This document shows, piece after piece, positions 1-11,977 of a stretch of DNA of 64,000 nt. Position 1 is the stretch's first letter, and each line of letters begins with the position of its first letter. A program made the position numbers and the translations under genes. The notes beneath the pieces were generated by a model. That model did not search any database. It saw nothing but the letters and a program-made list of their open reading frames with translations, and was not told where the DNA came from. Source of the DNA: Epiperipatus broadwayi (Eukaryota > Animalia > Onychophora); the NCBI GenBank assembly GCA_028023455.1, contig JAQFVV010000001.1:30256001-30320000 (forward strand), in the 5' to 3' direction.

Positions 1-1829
1 ATTACATTCAACTGTCAATAGACTAAGCAACAAAGTATGCATTTTTATTTTTTTAATCATCTATGTCATGTTTGTACTTGTCATTGCATTATCCATTTAA
101 CATGACTTCAGCATTTCTACTAGCAAATTTCTACCTGATTTAATAATTTTTTGCAATTTATATGTGACTGATTGTCAACTTTAGAGAATTTCCTATCTAA
201 TTTACTGAATTTACTTGAACATTTTTTTAATATTGATATTTGTGTCTCTTTAATTACTATATTAAAATATATATATTTTTCTTCTATCCATTGTTTTATT
301 GATCATCTCACCAGTAATTAATCGTTTCATTTTTTTTCCAACGATGTATTTTCCTTTGACTTATGTATATATATGCACTCACAGACACATTCATACACCA
401 ATTTTTAAAAATGATTTTGAAACCATTTTAATTTATAATAATTTTTAATTAAGAAAATTGCTTTAAAATTTTGATATTAATGAAAAATTTGCATTACAAA
501 ACCATTTGTTAAAAAATATATTTGAATTGGGAATACTATTTTTGTCAAAATAAAAATAATGTATTCCAATTATTATTATTATTATTTTTTCCCCATTTTC
601 TTTAATAAAATAATTTTAGAAATGGAAATTAGTTATGATAATGAGTTAAATATGTATAGATCAAAATAGAAAGGTCTGGAGATTTTTAATTGAGAGAAAA
701 TGTAATATTACTCTGTCAATAATTTATTTTAATTATAAGCATCTTAATTACCAATATTTATTTCCCCCTAATGAGAGAATATAAAATTTTAGAATATATG
801 TTCATATAAGATTGTAAATTAATTTATTCTATTAGTTAATATTGTTTTATGTATAAAAAAGTTAGTGAAGAGAATTTAATTTATTACTTGCTTTTATTTT
901 TTTTTACAGAATCTTGAAAAGTTTTGTCTTAAGAATTTGTATTCAATCCCCATCACATTTATATAAAGTTAATTTATCCTGTATCTATATTAAATTGTAT
1001 ATATTTAATTTTATAAGATTCAGTATTAGTATTGTATATACAACTTTCTTTATAATATTATTTTAAAATAATTATAAAGCTGTCAATTGTAGAGGCATAT
1101 TCACATAAAAACTATTTAAAAATGGCTGCATGGTTGCCTTTGGGTTTATTTTTCTCCTCTATCAAGAATCTGTATATAATATATTTTATAGTTATTTATT
1201 ATGTTCCTTAAATTACATTATTATCATACAGAAATTTAAATTTTTTTAAATATTTTACAGATACATACAATTTTGCTATTTTTAGTTTTAAAACATATAA
1301 ATATCCAGATAAAATTATACAAATGGTAATTTACAACTTATGAATAAGTTTTTTCAGTATTACTAATGCATAATTATGTAACATTTATAGGTATTAACTC
1401 ATAATAAAGCAATAAGATGCATTAACATATTGGCATTTGAATAACTTGCATCTTTCTTTCCCAGTTATTATAAATGATAAATATTCATATTGATAATCCA
1501 AAGATTCTTAGATAGCTTCTATTGAAATTAGATGCACGAGACATATAATTACCACTAATTGTCTGAGGATTGAAAGTTTTTGTTGGTATATTATTGCTTA
1601 TTTATTACCAATTGTTGAACAATAGTCACTAATGTACCAATAATTCATTACTTAGATTAAATGAATATATGAATAGATTGTGGAGGCATTAATATACTCA
1701 TGTTGTGATCGTGCATTATTTAGAAATACAAAGAGTTCTTTATTCATCGTTTATCAAACATTTTGTGGAAGTTGAACAATGTATATGAGTTTTTTTTTAT
1801 TGTAACAGCCTATTACATCAAGTTAATTA

Positions 1830-1996
1830 TAATCTTCAATAACTTCTCTTCCTCTTTCCTTCTTTGTTTTTGCTTTTCTAATATATAATATATAATAACC
1901 ACATTCCACTCTTTTTACACTTTGAAGCAATAAATAAATAAATAAATATATTTTGCTTCAAAGTGTAAAAAGAGTGGAATGTGGTTATTATATGTT
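1830..1996 (+). mobile_element. Short foldback insertion (Penelope-like 3' end fragment), copy 1, 13-bp TSD
   Basis: 41-bp inverted arms 1890-1930/1953-1993 around (TAAA)n, plus a one-sided pyrimidine-rich extension; ATCAAGTTAATTA at 1817-1829 and 1997-2009; near-identical to 6863-7079 in the opposite orientation. Confidence 0.8.
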
Positions 1997-3589
1997 ATCA
2001 AGTTAATTAAACAGATATAACAAATAAGATGTGCTCTGATTTTTATATTTATTTAATGTTAACAAAGATGCTACTCTTATGTATATATATATATATATAA
2101 AATAAGTTATTTTGTCTTCTGAGAGAGAAAAGAACTAATTAATTTTCAGGCTAATCATAAATTCATAATTGAGGATTAATTATGTCAAGGATATGTCTAA
2201 ACTCTTAATTACAAAATTAACTGGTAAAGCTAGTACAATAATTACTTTGCTTACCAATATGGAATTTACTAGTTAAAATGTAATGTGTTGACTTCAGAGA
2301 ACAATAGCAATAGTCAATATAAAAACCAAAGCAGTGGATTATCACCAGAGACAGGTTGAAACCTCCATTTTTTTATATAATACTCAATAACTGAAGTAGA
2401 AGGCTGAAGATAAAAGAGCCAAGATAGAAGGTGACTGAAGAACTTCACCAAAAGCACTTAATCATCACTGGACATCCCAAAATAAACTAGAGTTGAACAG
2501 GTTGATCCAATCTTATTATTATTTGATAATGTTGAAAGCTGTGCTTTTTTGTAAATAACTCATATCACAATAGAATTATTCTGAAATTGATGAGATTACT
2601 AATGTAAAAAATTCTCATTGAATTGCATGCATATAAATAAAAAGTTAAATAATCACTAATTTCCAGCAAGATATTTCATTTATTGTTTGTATGCTTTGTC
2701 TTGTGATAACACTCATTGGGCTACATGTTTCTGGAAGACATACACAAAAAAGCTAGTATATAGGTAATTGTTTGATTATTGAATATTAAAATGCATTTAA
2801 CTAGTCAAAGAAAGATAGTGGTAAAAGATATATGAAAATATTTCTTTAATTTATAACATATTTTGCATATGAATGTATAAATTTATATATTTTATGTTAC
2901 ATAGATATAGTATAGAAGTATGGTGTTTATGGGTAATATTCTAAAATAAAATGTCCAAAGTATGTAATATAGATAAGTTAGGATCACAATATGTAAGGCT
3001 TAAGTTATTTTCTGGTTTGTAACTGTGCAATAAGTACTGTTATGTAAAACCATTTGTCCTTTTTATTATTATTATTCTTGTTTTATGGTTTGACATGTTC
3101 AAATCATTAGTTTTTATGATAAAGAACACTTAAGATGTAATTCTTTCATATTGACAGGATCTATTTTGATTAACATTCCATTTTAATTCATTTGTAAATC
3201 TCATTATTGGTTGGATCCATATACCACCAGGTCATATGAGTTTTAGAAATAAAGTATATATTTTTGTTCAATGCTACCTTAGATGATTTGTAGAGTATAA
3301 TGAACCATTTTTTAATAAGTGGGATATGAGTTAATTTTTACTATATTTAATACAAAAACATATCAGGTTTATATATCAAATGTATACAAAATTTAATTTA
3401 ACCCTAGTGTGATGGTAATAATAAAGATAAAATTGTTTAGGATATTTTTCTTAGTTATATTATTTATATGATTATTCGTATTTCTGCTGTTGAAATTAAA
3501 AACTAAATGAAAGTTCTATTTTTATTTATGGCTTGGAGAAATGGGTATTCATTTTGAGGATGTAACTTTGCATCCATCATTTTTTTTCA

Positions 3590-3837
3590 TAAAATATTGC
3601 TATTGTACTGGTCGAAAATGTATGTTCACACAACAAGACTCAAAATCCAAGCAAAAGTACCTCGAATCCGATCATGCTCGAGATACACAGGTCAGGAGCA
3701 ATTCTGGATACTAACCTATTTGCCTATTCTTCGAGTTTCTGACCCTATGAACAACAATCCCGATGATATGGCACAATTATTTTAATTCCAGGCCTAGAAA
3801 CAAAGCGGTAGCATAAGATCAGGCTGATGATGATGAT
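3590..3837 (+). mobile_element. Possible retroposon 3' fragment ending in (GAT)n
   Basis: Locally GC/CpG-enriched stretch ending in GATGATGATGAT, a tail type common in RTE-family elements; no clear protein motif. Confidence 0.25.
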
Positions 3838-4099
3838 CGAAATAAGAGAAGCCCAGGAATTACATTTATTAAAGTTATATTTATTAATGGTAAACTATTA
3901 GCTAAGGAAAATAATTTTAAATATTAACTAGAAGAAAATAATAATTCAAAAACCAGGATTTACATGAAATATATATTTTAATAAAATATTATAAAAACGC
4001 ATATATATGTTACAAAATGTTTCACGCTTGGGGTGACATTAACTATTTACAAAATTTGGAGATTTGTTTTTATAAAATCCCCTTTACCCTAATTATTTA

Positions 4100-4560
4100 A
4101 TGGATATAATTTTATGGAGTGTGTTATAGCTTGTGCGGAGTTGAACATGCCAATTTACAAATTTTTACAAACAGAATGTTGTGGATGCATAAAACAATCT
4201 ACAAGATCGGAACAGATTCGGATTACAGAAAGGTGCTTGATAATTTAGCATTAATCATTTTGACAAATAAATATAAATATACGGTCTCAATCATTTATTT
4301 ACAATCTTAAAAATCATTATATATGTTTGATAGGGATTGTTTGGACATAGCGTCTTTAGAATAAGTATACAAGAAACAAACAATGTGTTACATTGTCAGG
4401 GAGAGATAAGATATATAAACATTAATGTTTTACAGAGAATATGCATTGATTTACATCTATGGGAATCCATTAATATTTTAAAAGAAGGCAGTTTAAAAAC
4501 AGCATACTGTCTAATTAGAATGTTGGTGTATTTCATGAATGTGTCATTATTTCCAATACC
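4100..4560 (+). pseudogene. Heavily decayed LINE reverse-transcriptase fragment (tentative)
   Basis: Broken frames give RFGLQKG, VLDNLALII and MFDRDCL, loosely resembling the QxGFRKG / IDNIFIL / AFDxVDR motifs in the right order. Confidence 0.3.
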
Positions 4561-4689
4561 TCATTGTGGCTAACGAGAAGTCAAATAGACATAAATTAAT
4601 TTAATAAACAATAACTATACTAGCATGTCATTAGAGAAATACGGCTCTTAGGGTAATTTGAATACTTCATCATTTTAACACATTTGAGA

Positions 4690-5800
4690 GTGAATGAGGG
4701 TTGGTACGTCCGCACATTTTTGGTGGAACGGTACCGAATGGAGAGGCTGGGTTTGAATGCCCAGAGCTAGCTGTATGGAACTTCCATAGCACAATCAAAA
4801 CCTCATACCTTGTGTTCAACAGGGAGTAGTGTATATACCTGATTACGAACGAGTTTGAGAAAGTAATATGGGAGCTTCGGTTTTCTGAAGTCGCAATGAC
4901 AGAGCAATAAAGAAATATATATATGTAAGTACCATAAGGAAAAGTAAAGGTATGCCAGCAGTGTTAGACCTGAGCAATAAAGTTAATATGTTATATTCTA
5001 AAGCCTGAAAATGGTTTAACCTCTGCGTAATAAAATTATTTTTAAATTCAATTCCCAATAACATTTTGTAACAGAACTAACCCTCCAGGCAAATGGCAAA
5101 ATGGGATGATAACAGTATTAAGGTTCACAATCTTTTAAATGACAATTTAGGAATAAATTCAAATACTAAAGTAAAAATAGACATCCACAATAAAATATTT
5201 TAGACAATAAAACATGAATAAAAGATTTAAATATAAAAACCAACCTAGCGAGCGATTTCTATTAAAATGAATAAAACTTTACTAATAAATTTTAAATGAA
5301 GCCCCTGCTTTTTTCCCCATTAGACAAATAAAATAAACCCTTATTAGACTCGCGAGGTTGAATGATATTGGCATATTAATTAAAGAGCATAAATTGTCTA
5401 CATATATATAAATAAGTTAAAAATATCTAATGGAGCCGCAAAAAGTTATATATAAGAGTTCAAGCATGAAAGGTAAGTTAAAAATCACACTAAAATAGTA
5501 GGGATTACAGAGAGAGAGAGAGAGTTCAAGAACAAAATTAGCAGGAGTTATACACTAATACAGTAATGAAGTCATAGTTTCATTACATATTATACAAATT
5601 TAGAGCAGCTCTTCATTAAGTAAGGTTACCTCAGGAAAGCACACCATAGCAGACAGACACAGTATGGCAGTCATTAGTTGGGTCAGCAGTTAGACGGTCA
5701 TCTTGTGTGGCTGGACAGATGGATGGAACATGGCAGTCTCTGAGGAAAGGAGAAAGGCGCTGGATTCCCTCTACTCGAAGTTCATAGCACCGAACTGGTG
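4690..5800 (+). mobile_element. Decayed retroelement-like island (possible tRNA-like head and ORF1-like remnant)
   Basis: Higher GC than the flanks; B-box-like GGGTTTGAATGCCC near 4750; long stop-interrupted frame ending KIVGITE. Not assignable to a family. Confidence 0.25.
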
Positions 5801-6862
5801 TTAACTTCTTAAAATTTGATGATCTCTTGAATCACTTTCTCAGAAAATTTACCTACTGACTTAAACATGCTGAATTTATTAACTAACTAACTTCTATAAG
5901 CTCTTTTATACATTTATAATCCCCCCAAGAATGCACTTGCCTACAGCTATCCCTGTAATCTCTTGATAAAAAAATATTTAATTAGTAAACATTTTTAAAG
6001 ATAAGATTTGCAAACGAACTAACAAAAAGATTCCTCATAATTTTAATTAAATTTTAGTTCTAATTAGTAAAAATAATCTGACTACCGATAAAGATCGTTT
6101 CAGCTTATTAACGATTTCAAAAGTATTTCAAGCCTTCCCCATTTTTCTTTTTGTTTTTAAATTTCATCACTTTAATTAAAATACTTATATATATAAAAAG
6201 ATAGTTACAATTATATAAAGAAAATGTCTAATTTTCAGCAATAAATATTAATAAATCATTGCTACGTTCATATATATATATATATGCATCATGCACACTA
6301 CCATTTTGGTTTTCACTAAATCTTTTTCTAGCTTTTCTTTAATTTTTATAATACAGTGTGTGGGTGAATGACATATATCTACGGTGAGGTCTGAATTGCA
6401 GGCCCTGCAGAAGGTTAGTATAGCTGGCGAAGCATGAAGCTCGATGTGATTAGACATTGACTGCTTCACTATGCAGAAATTTACATGGATTTCAGATTTG
6501 CAGCAGAGAAACTAAGAATTGCTAAATAGTTATTACAACTATATATACATTTAAAAACTTTAATATGAAATTTTATTTAGTGAAAACAGATGGGCATTTG
6601 TCATGGTTATTATATATTACAATGGAAGTTGACAAAGTTGATGGTTGGATGGCTCAAGAGACAGTTGTGGATATTTATACGTTTATGTAACATATTCAAA
6701 ACATTTTTACAATAATAATAATGAGAATGATTATAAATAGCAATTTACTTGATGTGAATCTTCCATTCCAACAAATCCTTATATTCATTAAAAATGTACT
6801 TTAAGATTTTTTCATATGTAGTTTTATATGCTTGTAAATGTAAGAAAACTGATATAAATATT

Positions 6863-7079
6863 TAACATATAATAACCACATTCCACTCTTTTGACACTTT
6901 GAAGCAAAATATATTTATTTATTAATATTACAGTTTCGACTGTTCCTAGCAGTCTTCGTCAGATCAATATATGTTGCTTCAAAGTGTCAAAAGAGTGGAA
7001 TGTGGTTATTATGTGTTATATATTAGAAAAGCAAAAATAAAGAAGGAAAGAGGAAGAGAAGTTATTGAAGATTATATTA
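6863..7079 (-). mobile_element. Short foldback insertion, copy 2, with hammerhead core and 13-bp TSD
   Basis: 45-bp inverted arms 6863-6907/6974-7018 (1 mismatch) plus a one-sided extension to 7076; TGATATAAATATT at 6850-6862 and 7080-7092. Confidence 0.82.
6930..6962 (-). ncRNA. Minimal hammerhead ribozyme motif (Penelope type)
   Basis: Minus strand reads CTGACGA-A-GACTG-ctaggaa-CAGTC-GAAAC-TGT: CUGANGA and GAAA core boxes around a perfect 5-bp stem II. Stem I pairing is imperfect. Confidence 0.7.
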
Positions 7080-8217
7080 TGATATAAATATTGTCAGGAA
7101 CTGTAAAACTTGCACACTTTAAAAATAAATTTATTGTAATGCTTAAGGATATATTCGTAAACCATATATAGAATATATTATTTATAAGTAATTCTTAAAA
7201 GTTGCCATGTACGTTACCAGATTTACTTTATTAATTATAATCATGAAATAATGATAGCAGTAGGATTAAATAATACATAAGAAATTAATGATTTTCTCTA
7301 CTTATAAAGCAAACTTTATTTTATTGCATATATCCACTACACTTATTATTAGTAACTATTTTATTCATTTTATAGGATTTTTTTTTCTCCCATGATAATA
7401 TTAATGGAAGCCTTGAAAGTTTACTAATACTTGAAATCCTCATTTAATCATTCAATGACAAAACAATGAAATAAAAATAATAAACAATTAACTGATTTTA
7501 AAATGATATATAAAATTTGTTTATATATTTTTCATCCTTAATCTAAACTCTATCAATAGTAAATAGTAAGACATTTCCTTTTATGTTTGAGAGGATTAAC
7601 CCTCTAATTCATTATTGGGAACATAAAAGTGAGCAATAAATATATATATTTCTAAATTATGCAAAAGATGTATTCTTATTATGCCACTATTAATCTGTTG
7701 TTGTTGTTTTTTAATTTTAAGAAATATATATATATATGTTGTTAATGTTTGAAATTGTTGATCATTTTATTTTAGTATACAAATTATTGTAATCTCTATA
7801 TTCTAAAATGATTTTAGTAAATATTAGTTTACTTTTTTATTAATCTTTGTTAATAAAATATTTAATTTTAATAAAAATATAATTTGTACAGTTTACTTTG
7901 AACACTTTATAACAAAAAAAATTATTATATATTTACACACAATCTGACATTTTGCATATCCTGCATTTTTCTTCAGAACTATGACATAATGATAAATACA
8001 ATAAGTATATAAATAATATAATAAATAAATGTAATCAATTAAATTTAAAAAAAAAAAAAGATTTAAAAATAAAAAGAATATATTTTTACTAAATGAATCA
8101 ATATTTAAACAAAAAAATATATAAAGATAATGACATAAGTGTTTTATTAATTTGGGATAATAAAATTACAGTTTTAAATTTATTTAATTGAAGTGAACAA
8201 TAATACTTAAGGGTTAT

Positions 8218-8971
8218 TTAACTCTTAAACCACTAATTATATTATTGGTTGTATGAGGTAAAAATCAAATCTTTTAATTGGCCAACTCACAAACTGAAGA
8301 CAAAGCCTATTGTTAAAACATATTCGCCTATAATATTAAATTCAACTCAGATACGTTTATAAAAAGTATATTACTAATTTTTCAGGTTATGAAGAGAACG
8401 AAAGTTCTTTCAAAAATAAATTGCTATTTATTTATTCTAAAATATTCAATTTCGGCAACATAAAAGCTATAATATAAACAAAAAGGTCGACTTTTACGTT
8501 ATAGAAAAGTAAATATTTCTTTTTACTAAATCTTAAATATTTTTACTAAAATCTTCAATATTTTTCGAAAATAATTTTGTTTTTTTAGTATTCTCTCTGA
8601 AAATAATTTGTAATTTCTCAAAATATTCTTTTATAATACTTTAAATCATATTCGAAATGAAAATCTCAGCGTTTTTCTTTATTTTCTTTGATCAGGCGAT
8701 TTCTTTGTTCTTTCCAGCCAATCAGAATGTCTTTTTCGGCTGAGAGCATGCTAACAACCAATCACAACTAATGTTCTTTCTTTGTTTAGGTTTAAATGCG
8801 TTTTTTTTTATTTTTTACTTGTAAAATAATTCGGAAGAGGGCACCATCTTACAGAACTTTCAAAAACCTATTCAATACCTGTCAAACGAATATTTTAGCA
8901 TAAGAACTGGCAGAGTTAGAGTGACGTCAGATGTCGACGAGGAGCCTCGTAAGAGGCGGGAAAAGGGTTAA
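8218..8971. mobile_element. piggyBac-like non-autonomous element (right end clear, left end degenerate)
   Basis: Right end GGGAAAAGGG|TTAA (8968-8971); candidate left end TTAA|CTCTT at 8218 matches only weakly; interior is CpG-enriched. Confidence 0.35.
8718..8963. promoter_or_regulatory. Cluster of promoter-type motifs: two CCAAT boxes, CRE palindrome, E2F-like site
   Basis: CCAATC at 8718 and 8758; TGACGTCA at 8922-8929; GCGGGAAA at 8956-8963. Motif presence only. Confidence 0.35.
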
Positions 8972-9109
8972 AAAATAATAAATAATACATTTAATTTAAT
9001 GGCTGTTTTGGATCATATATACAGACAGGAATTCACATGTTTAATCTATATTTTTTTTATATATTTCAATTTAATGCTGTATATTTTATTTTATTTTATT
9101 TGAAATTTA

Positions 9110-10026
9110 GGTTCTACAACTTTGGATGATCCACATCACTTGATGGCGCTGTTTCTATGCAAAACATAGAAATTGCTGTTTAGTCATACTTGATGTTGAT
9201 GAAGTCAAGACTTTCCCAACATTGCTAGCATGTGAACTTTATCAGTGACGTGTTGTGACAGGACATTACTATTGAATATTCAACAGCATATCATATGAGA
9301 GTGTCTGTAGTTGTAATTACAAAAACTGTAGCAATACGCAGTTCAAATGTTTTCTTTTTAAATATAGGATAATTTGTATGAGTAACTACAAATTATAACT
9401 ATTTCACAAACATCTCTACTTTCCTTGTTAGGTGGTACAATTTAATAAATGAGGAGTGTAAATCACGATTCAGCAAAGTTCACGCGAAACTCGCAATTTG
9501 TGAGAAGCGTTATTTTAAAAATAACGATTTTTTTTTTTAATCAAAAAATGTAAATCAAAAAAATATGTATATATTTTCCAAAAAAAGCCTATTATATGTA
9601 TTTGTTTATGAATAAAAATAAATATTTTTGAACCACCGGTAAATCCCAAAAAAAAAAGATTTTAAAAAATAAAAATAAAAAGACCGAATGTTTTAAAAAT
9701 AAAAAAAGTTTTTTTTTTTTTTTTTTTAAAAAAAAAAGACCAAAGGTTTTTTTTTTTAAAAAAAGTTATATTTGTTTTTAAAAAATTAAAATAAGCCCAG
9801 TAAAAAAATAAAAATAAAAAAAACACAACAAACAAAAAAAAAACAGTTATAGATTGATTTTGAAAAAAAAAACCTGTTAAAAAATGTAAAAAAACACTAC
9901 AAAAATAAAAAAAAACCAAAAAATTCTATATTTTACTTTTTTAAAAATTCCTGTAACGTTATGTCTATTTGTTTTGCAATAGCAACAGCACCATCATGTG
10001 GTATGGATCGTCTGAAGTTGTAGAAC
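9110..10026. mobile_element. Non-autonomous TIR DNA transposon, 9-bp TSD (MULE- or Merlin-like)
   Basis: About 57-bp imperfect TIRs (GGTTCTACAAC... 9110-9166 / ...GTTGTAGAAC 9970-10026); TGAAATTTA at 9101-9109 and 10027-10035; no transposase ORF. Confidence 0.75.
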
Positions 10027-11864
10027 TGAAATTTATTATATTTTGTGTTTCTTATCATTTTTTTTTTTTAATTTTATTGCTTACATTAGTCTATAATTAT
10101 TTTTTATTTATCATTATATCATAGGTATATAATAAAATTTTGCTATAAGGTATTCAAAGTAAAGTATACAAATTGTATTTTTATATAGAATATTACAACT
10201 AAATAAAGAAAGTGATAGATTTAGTGACATTTGATTTAATTTTAAATTCAATATTTTAATTAAATATTTTTTCATCTTATTCATTTTTTATTTAAAATAT
10301 AACAGACAATTTTAGAACTCATTATAATAAATTGGTTAAATTAACTCTACTATTTTAGATGGTTATGATTTATAAAATCTTTATTATCAAGAGAGTTAGT
10401 CTCTAATGGGAATTCTTTCCATGGCTTCTTAGCATAGAGTTAACTATTCAAAAATAGAATAATGCATCCCATAGTAATTGTGAATACATAATATTATAGT
10501 GTAGCAAAATTATACATTTGATAAATATATTATTCTTGGAATAAACTTTTTTTTCGACAGTATTAACAAATATTTTCATTTTATATTTTAAATATGAATA
10601 ATTTGTATTTCAAAGAATTTGTTATATGATAATCCTAAGTGATCTGATATCTTTTTTTAAAGACATTCACTGCATTTGAAGATGGATATTATCTAATTTT
10701 TTATTTTATTTGCAAATATGTGAAATTTAAAAATAAGTATATAAAAATTTTAAAGCACTAATATTAAAATAGACTAAATATGTTAGCGACTAACTAACTT
10801 AGGTAATATCCAAGTGATTAAGTAACTGAATTTATATTTCCCTTTCCTTCTTTTATATATGTATACTTTTTCTGAAAAGCTGTCGCATGTATATTACGCA
10901 CCTGTGTAAAAATGAATGGATTTATGAGTTATCATTTCTCATTTTGTTTAGGAATTTAAAATATTAGATTTAAATAATATTTATTCAAAATCTAATATAA
11001 ATGAATTTAATAAAATACAAAGCACTCACACATAAACTTATACACATTTATTTTCACATTTCTGTTATAATTATATATATATATGCCAGAGATTATTATT
11101 AAATAAAGATGTTTTAATCTAAGACAATTGTTAAAAATAATAATTAGATTCTATAATTATTATTTAGGTCACTAAATATTATCATCATAATTATTACTTT
11201 ATTCCTAAAACTTCGTAATAATTCACAAACCTCTATGTGCTTGAAACATATTGCGTCAATATAAGTAAGATTATTTTAAGTTGGCCTATGATGAAGTTTT
11301 TTGGATTTGATTTTGAATTAATATCATGGGTTTTTTTCATTTATAGATTTGTAGCAATTGCAAGTGCAATGTATTTTTTTTTATTAACAATTTTGCAAAG
11401 AAATTTAAAAGAATTTAAGATTCTGAATACAATGGGAATTACCCCCCCCCCCCAATTTATTACTAAATAATGTTTTCCTGTAACACATTTATTATACCTT
11501 AAAGTTTCTTTTATTAAATTATAAGGAAACTGATATATTTGTGCAAAATTAATGATTATGTAAACAATTGTAAATTATGTTATTTATTATTCCTTATATT
11601 AATAATTTAGTATATTGAAAGCAAATAACAAACTATTGCTTTCTGACTTTAATCAGCACAACTAATTTTTTTTTGATTTAAAGAAATCTTTTTAATGAAT
11701 GCATGTTATTTATTTTATTCAAAAAATACATTAGTTTCATAAATTCAGAGTTAAATATCATTCATTTCAATTATTAAAATTTTATTTAAATTTGTTTTAA
11801 ACTGACTATTTATGTGTAACATTCTAAAATGTGGTTTTTGTCTACTTATCTTTTTTTTTTTAAG

Positions 11865-11977
11865 GCTGAAGATGTGCGGTGTCTACTTTCAGATGCTATG
11901 CCAAATCAAATTTTAGCTACAGTCAAAAGCACAAGCCCTTTAGTGACAGTCCCTGCTGCTCTCAGTGGATCCGTATG
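11865..11977 (+). CDS. TNKS: Tankyrase coding exon (end of ankyrin region / linker), AEDVRCLLSDAMPNQILATVKSTSPLVTVPAALSGSV + 2 nt
   Basis: Poly-T tract + AAG acceptor at 11864 and GTATGT donor at 11978; 113 nt (phase 0 to phase 2). Peptide resembles the tankyrase segment after the last ankyrin repeat (human TNKS1 ADDIRALLIDAMP, recalled from memory). Confidence 0.88.

Noticed and set aside
3824-3843. CTGATGA...GAAA hammerhead-like string
   Set aside because: It is a (GAT)n microsatellite with no stem II.
6248-6469. FCRACNSDL as a BED-type zinc finger
   Set aside because: Only a CxxC; the His ligands are not correctly placed and there is no transposase context.
9640-9920. A-run region and ORF 9662-9919
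   Set aside because: Homopolymer-rich interior of the TIR element, possibly a low-accuracy consensus; not coding.
1-11864. Upstream tankyrase ankyrin exon
   Set aside because: No segment encoding an ankyrin-repeat end (GADP...TPLDL) found by eye. The next SAM exon (ITLD...) was likewise not found after 59490.
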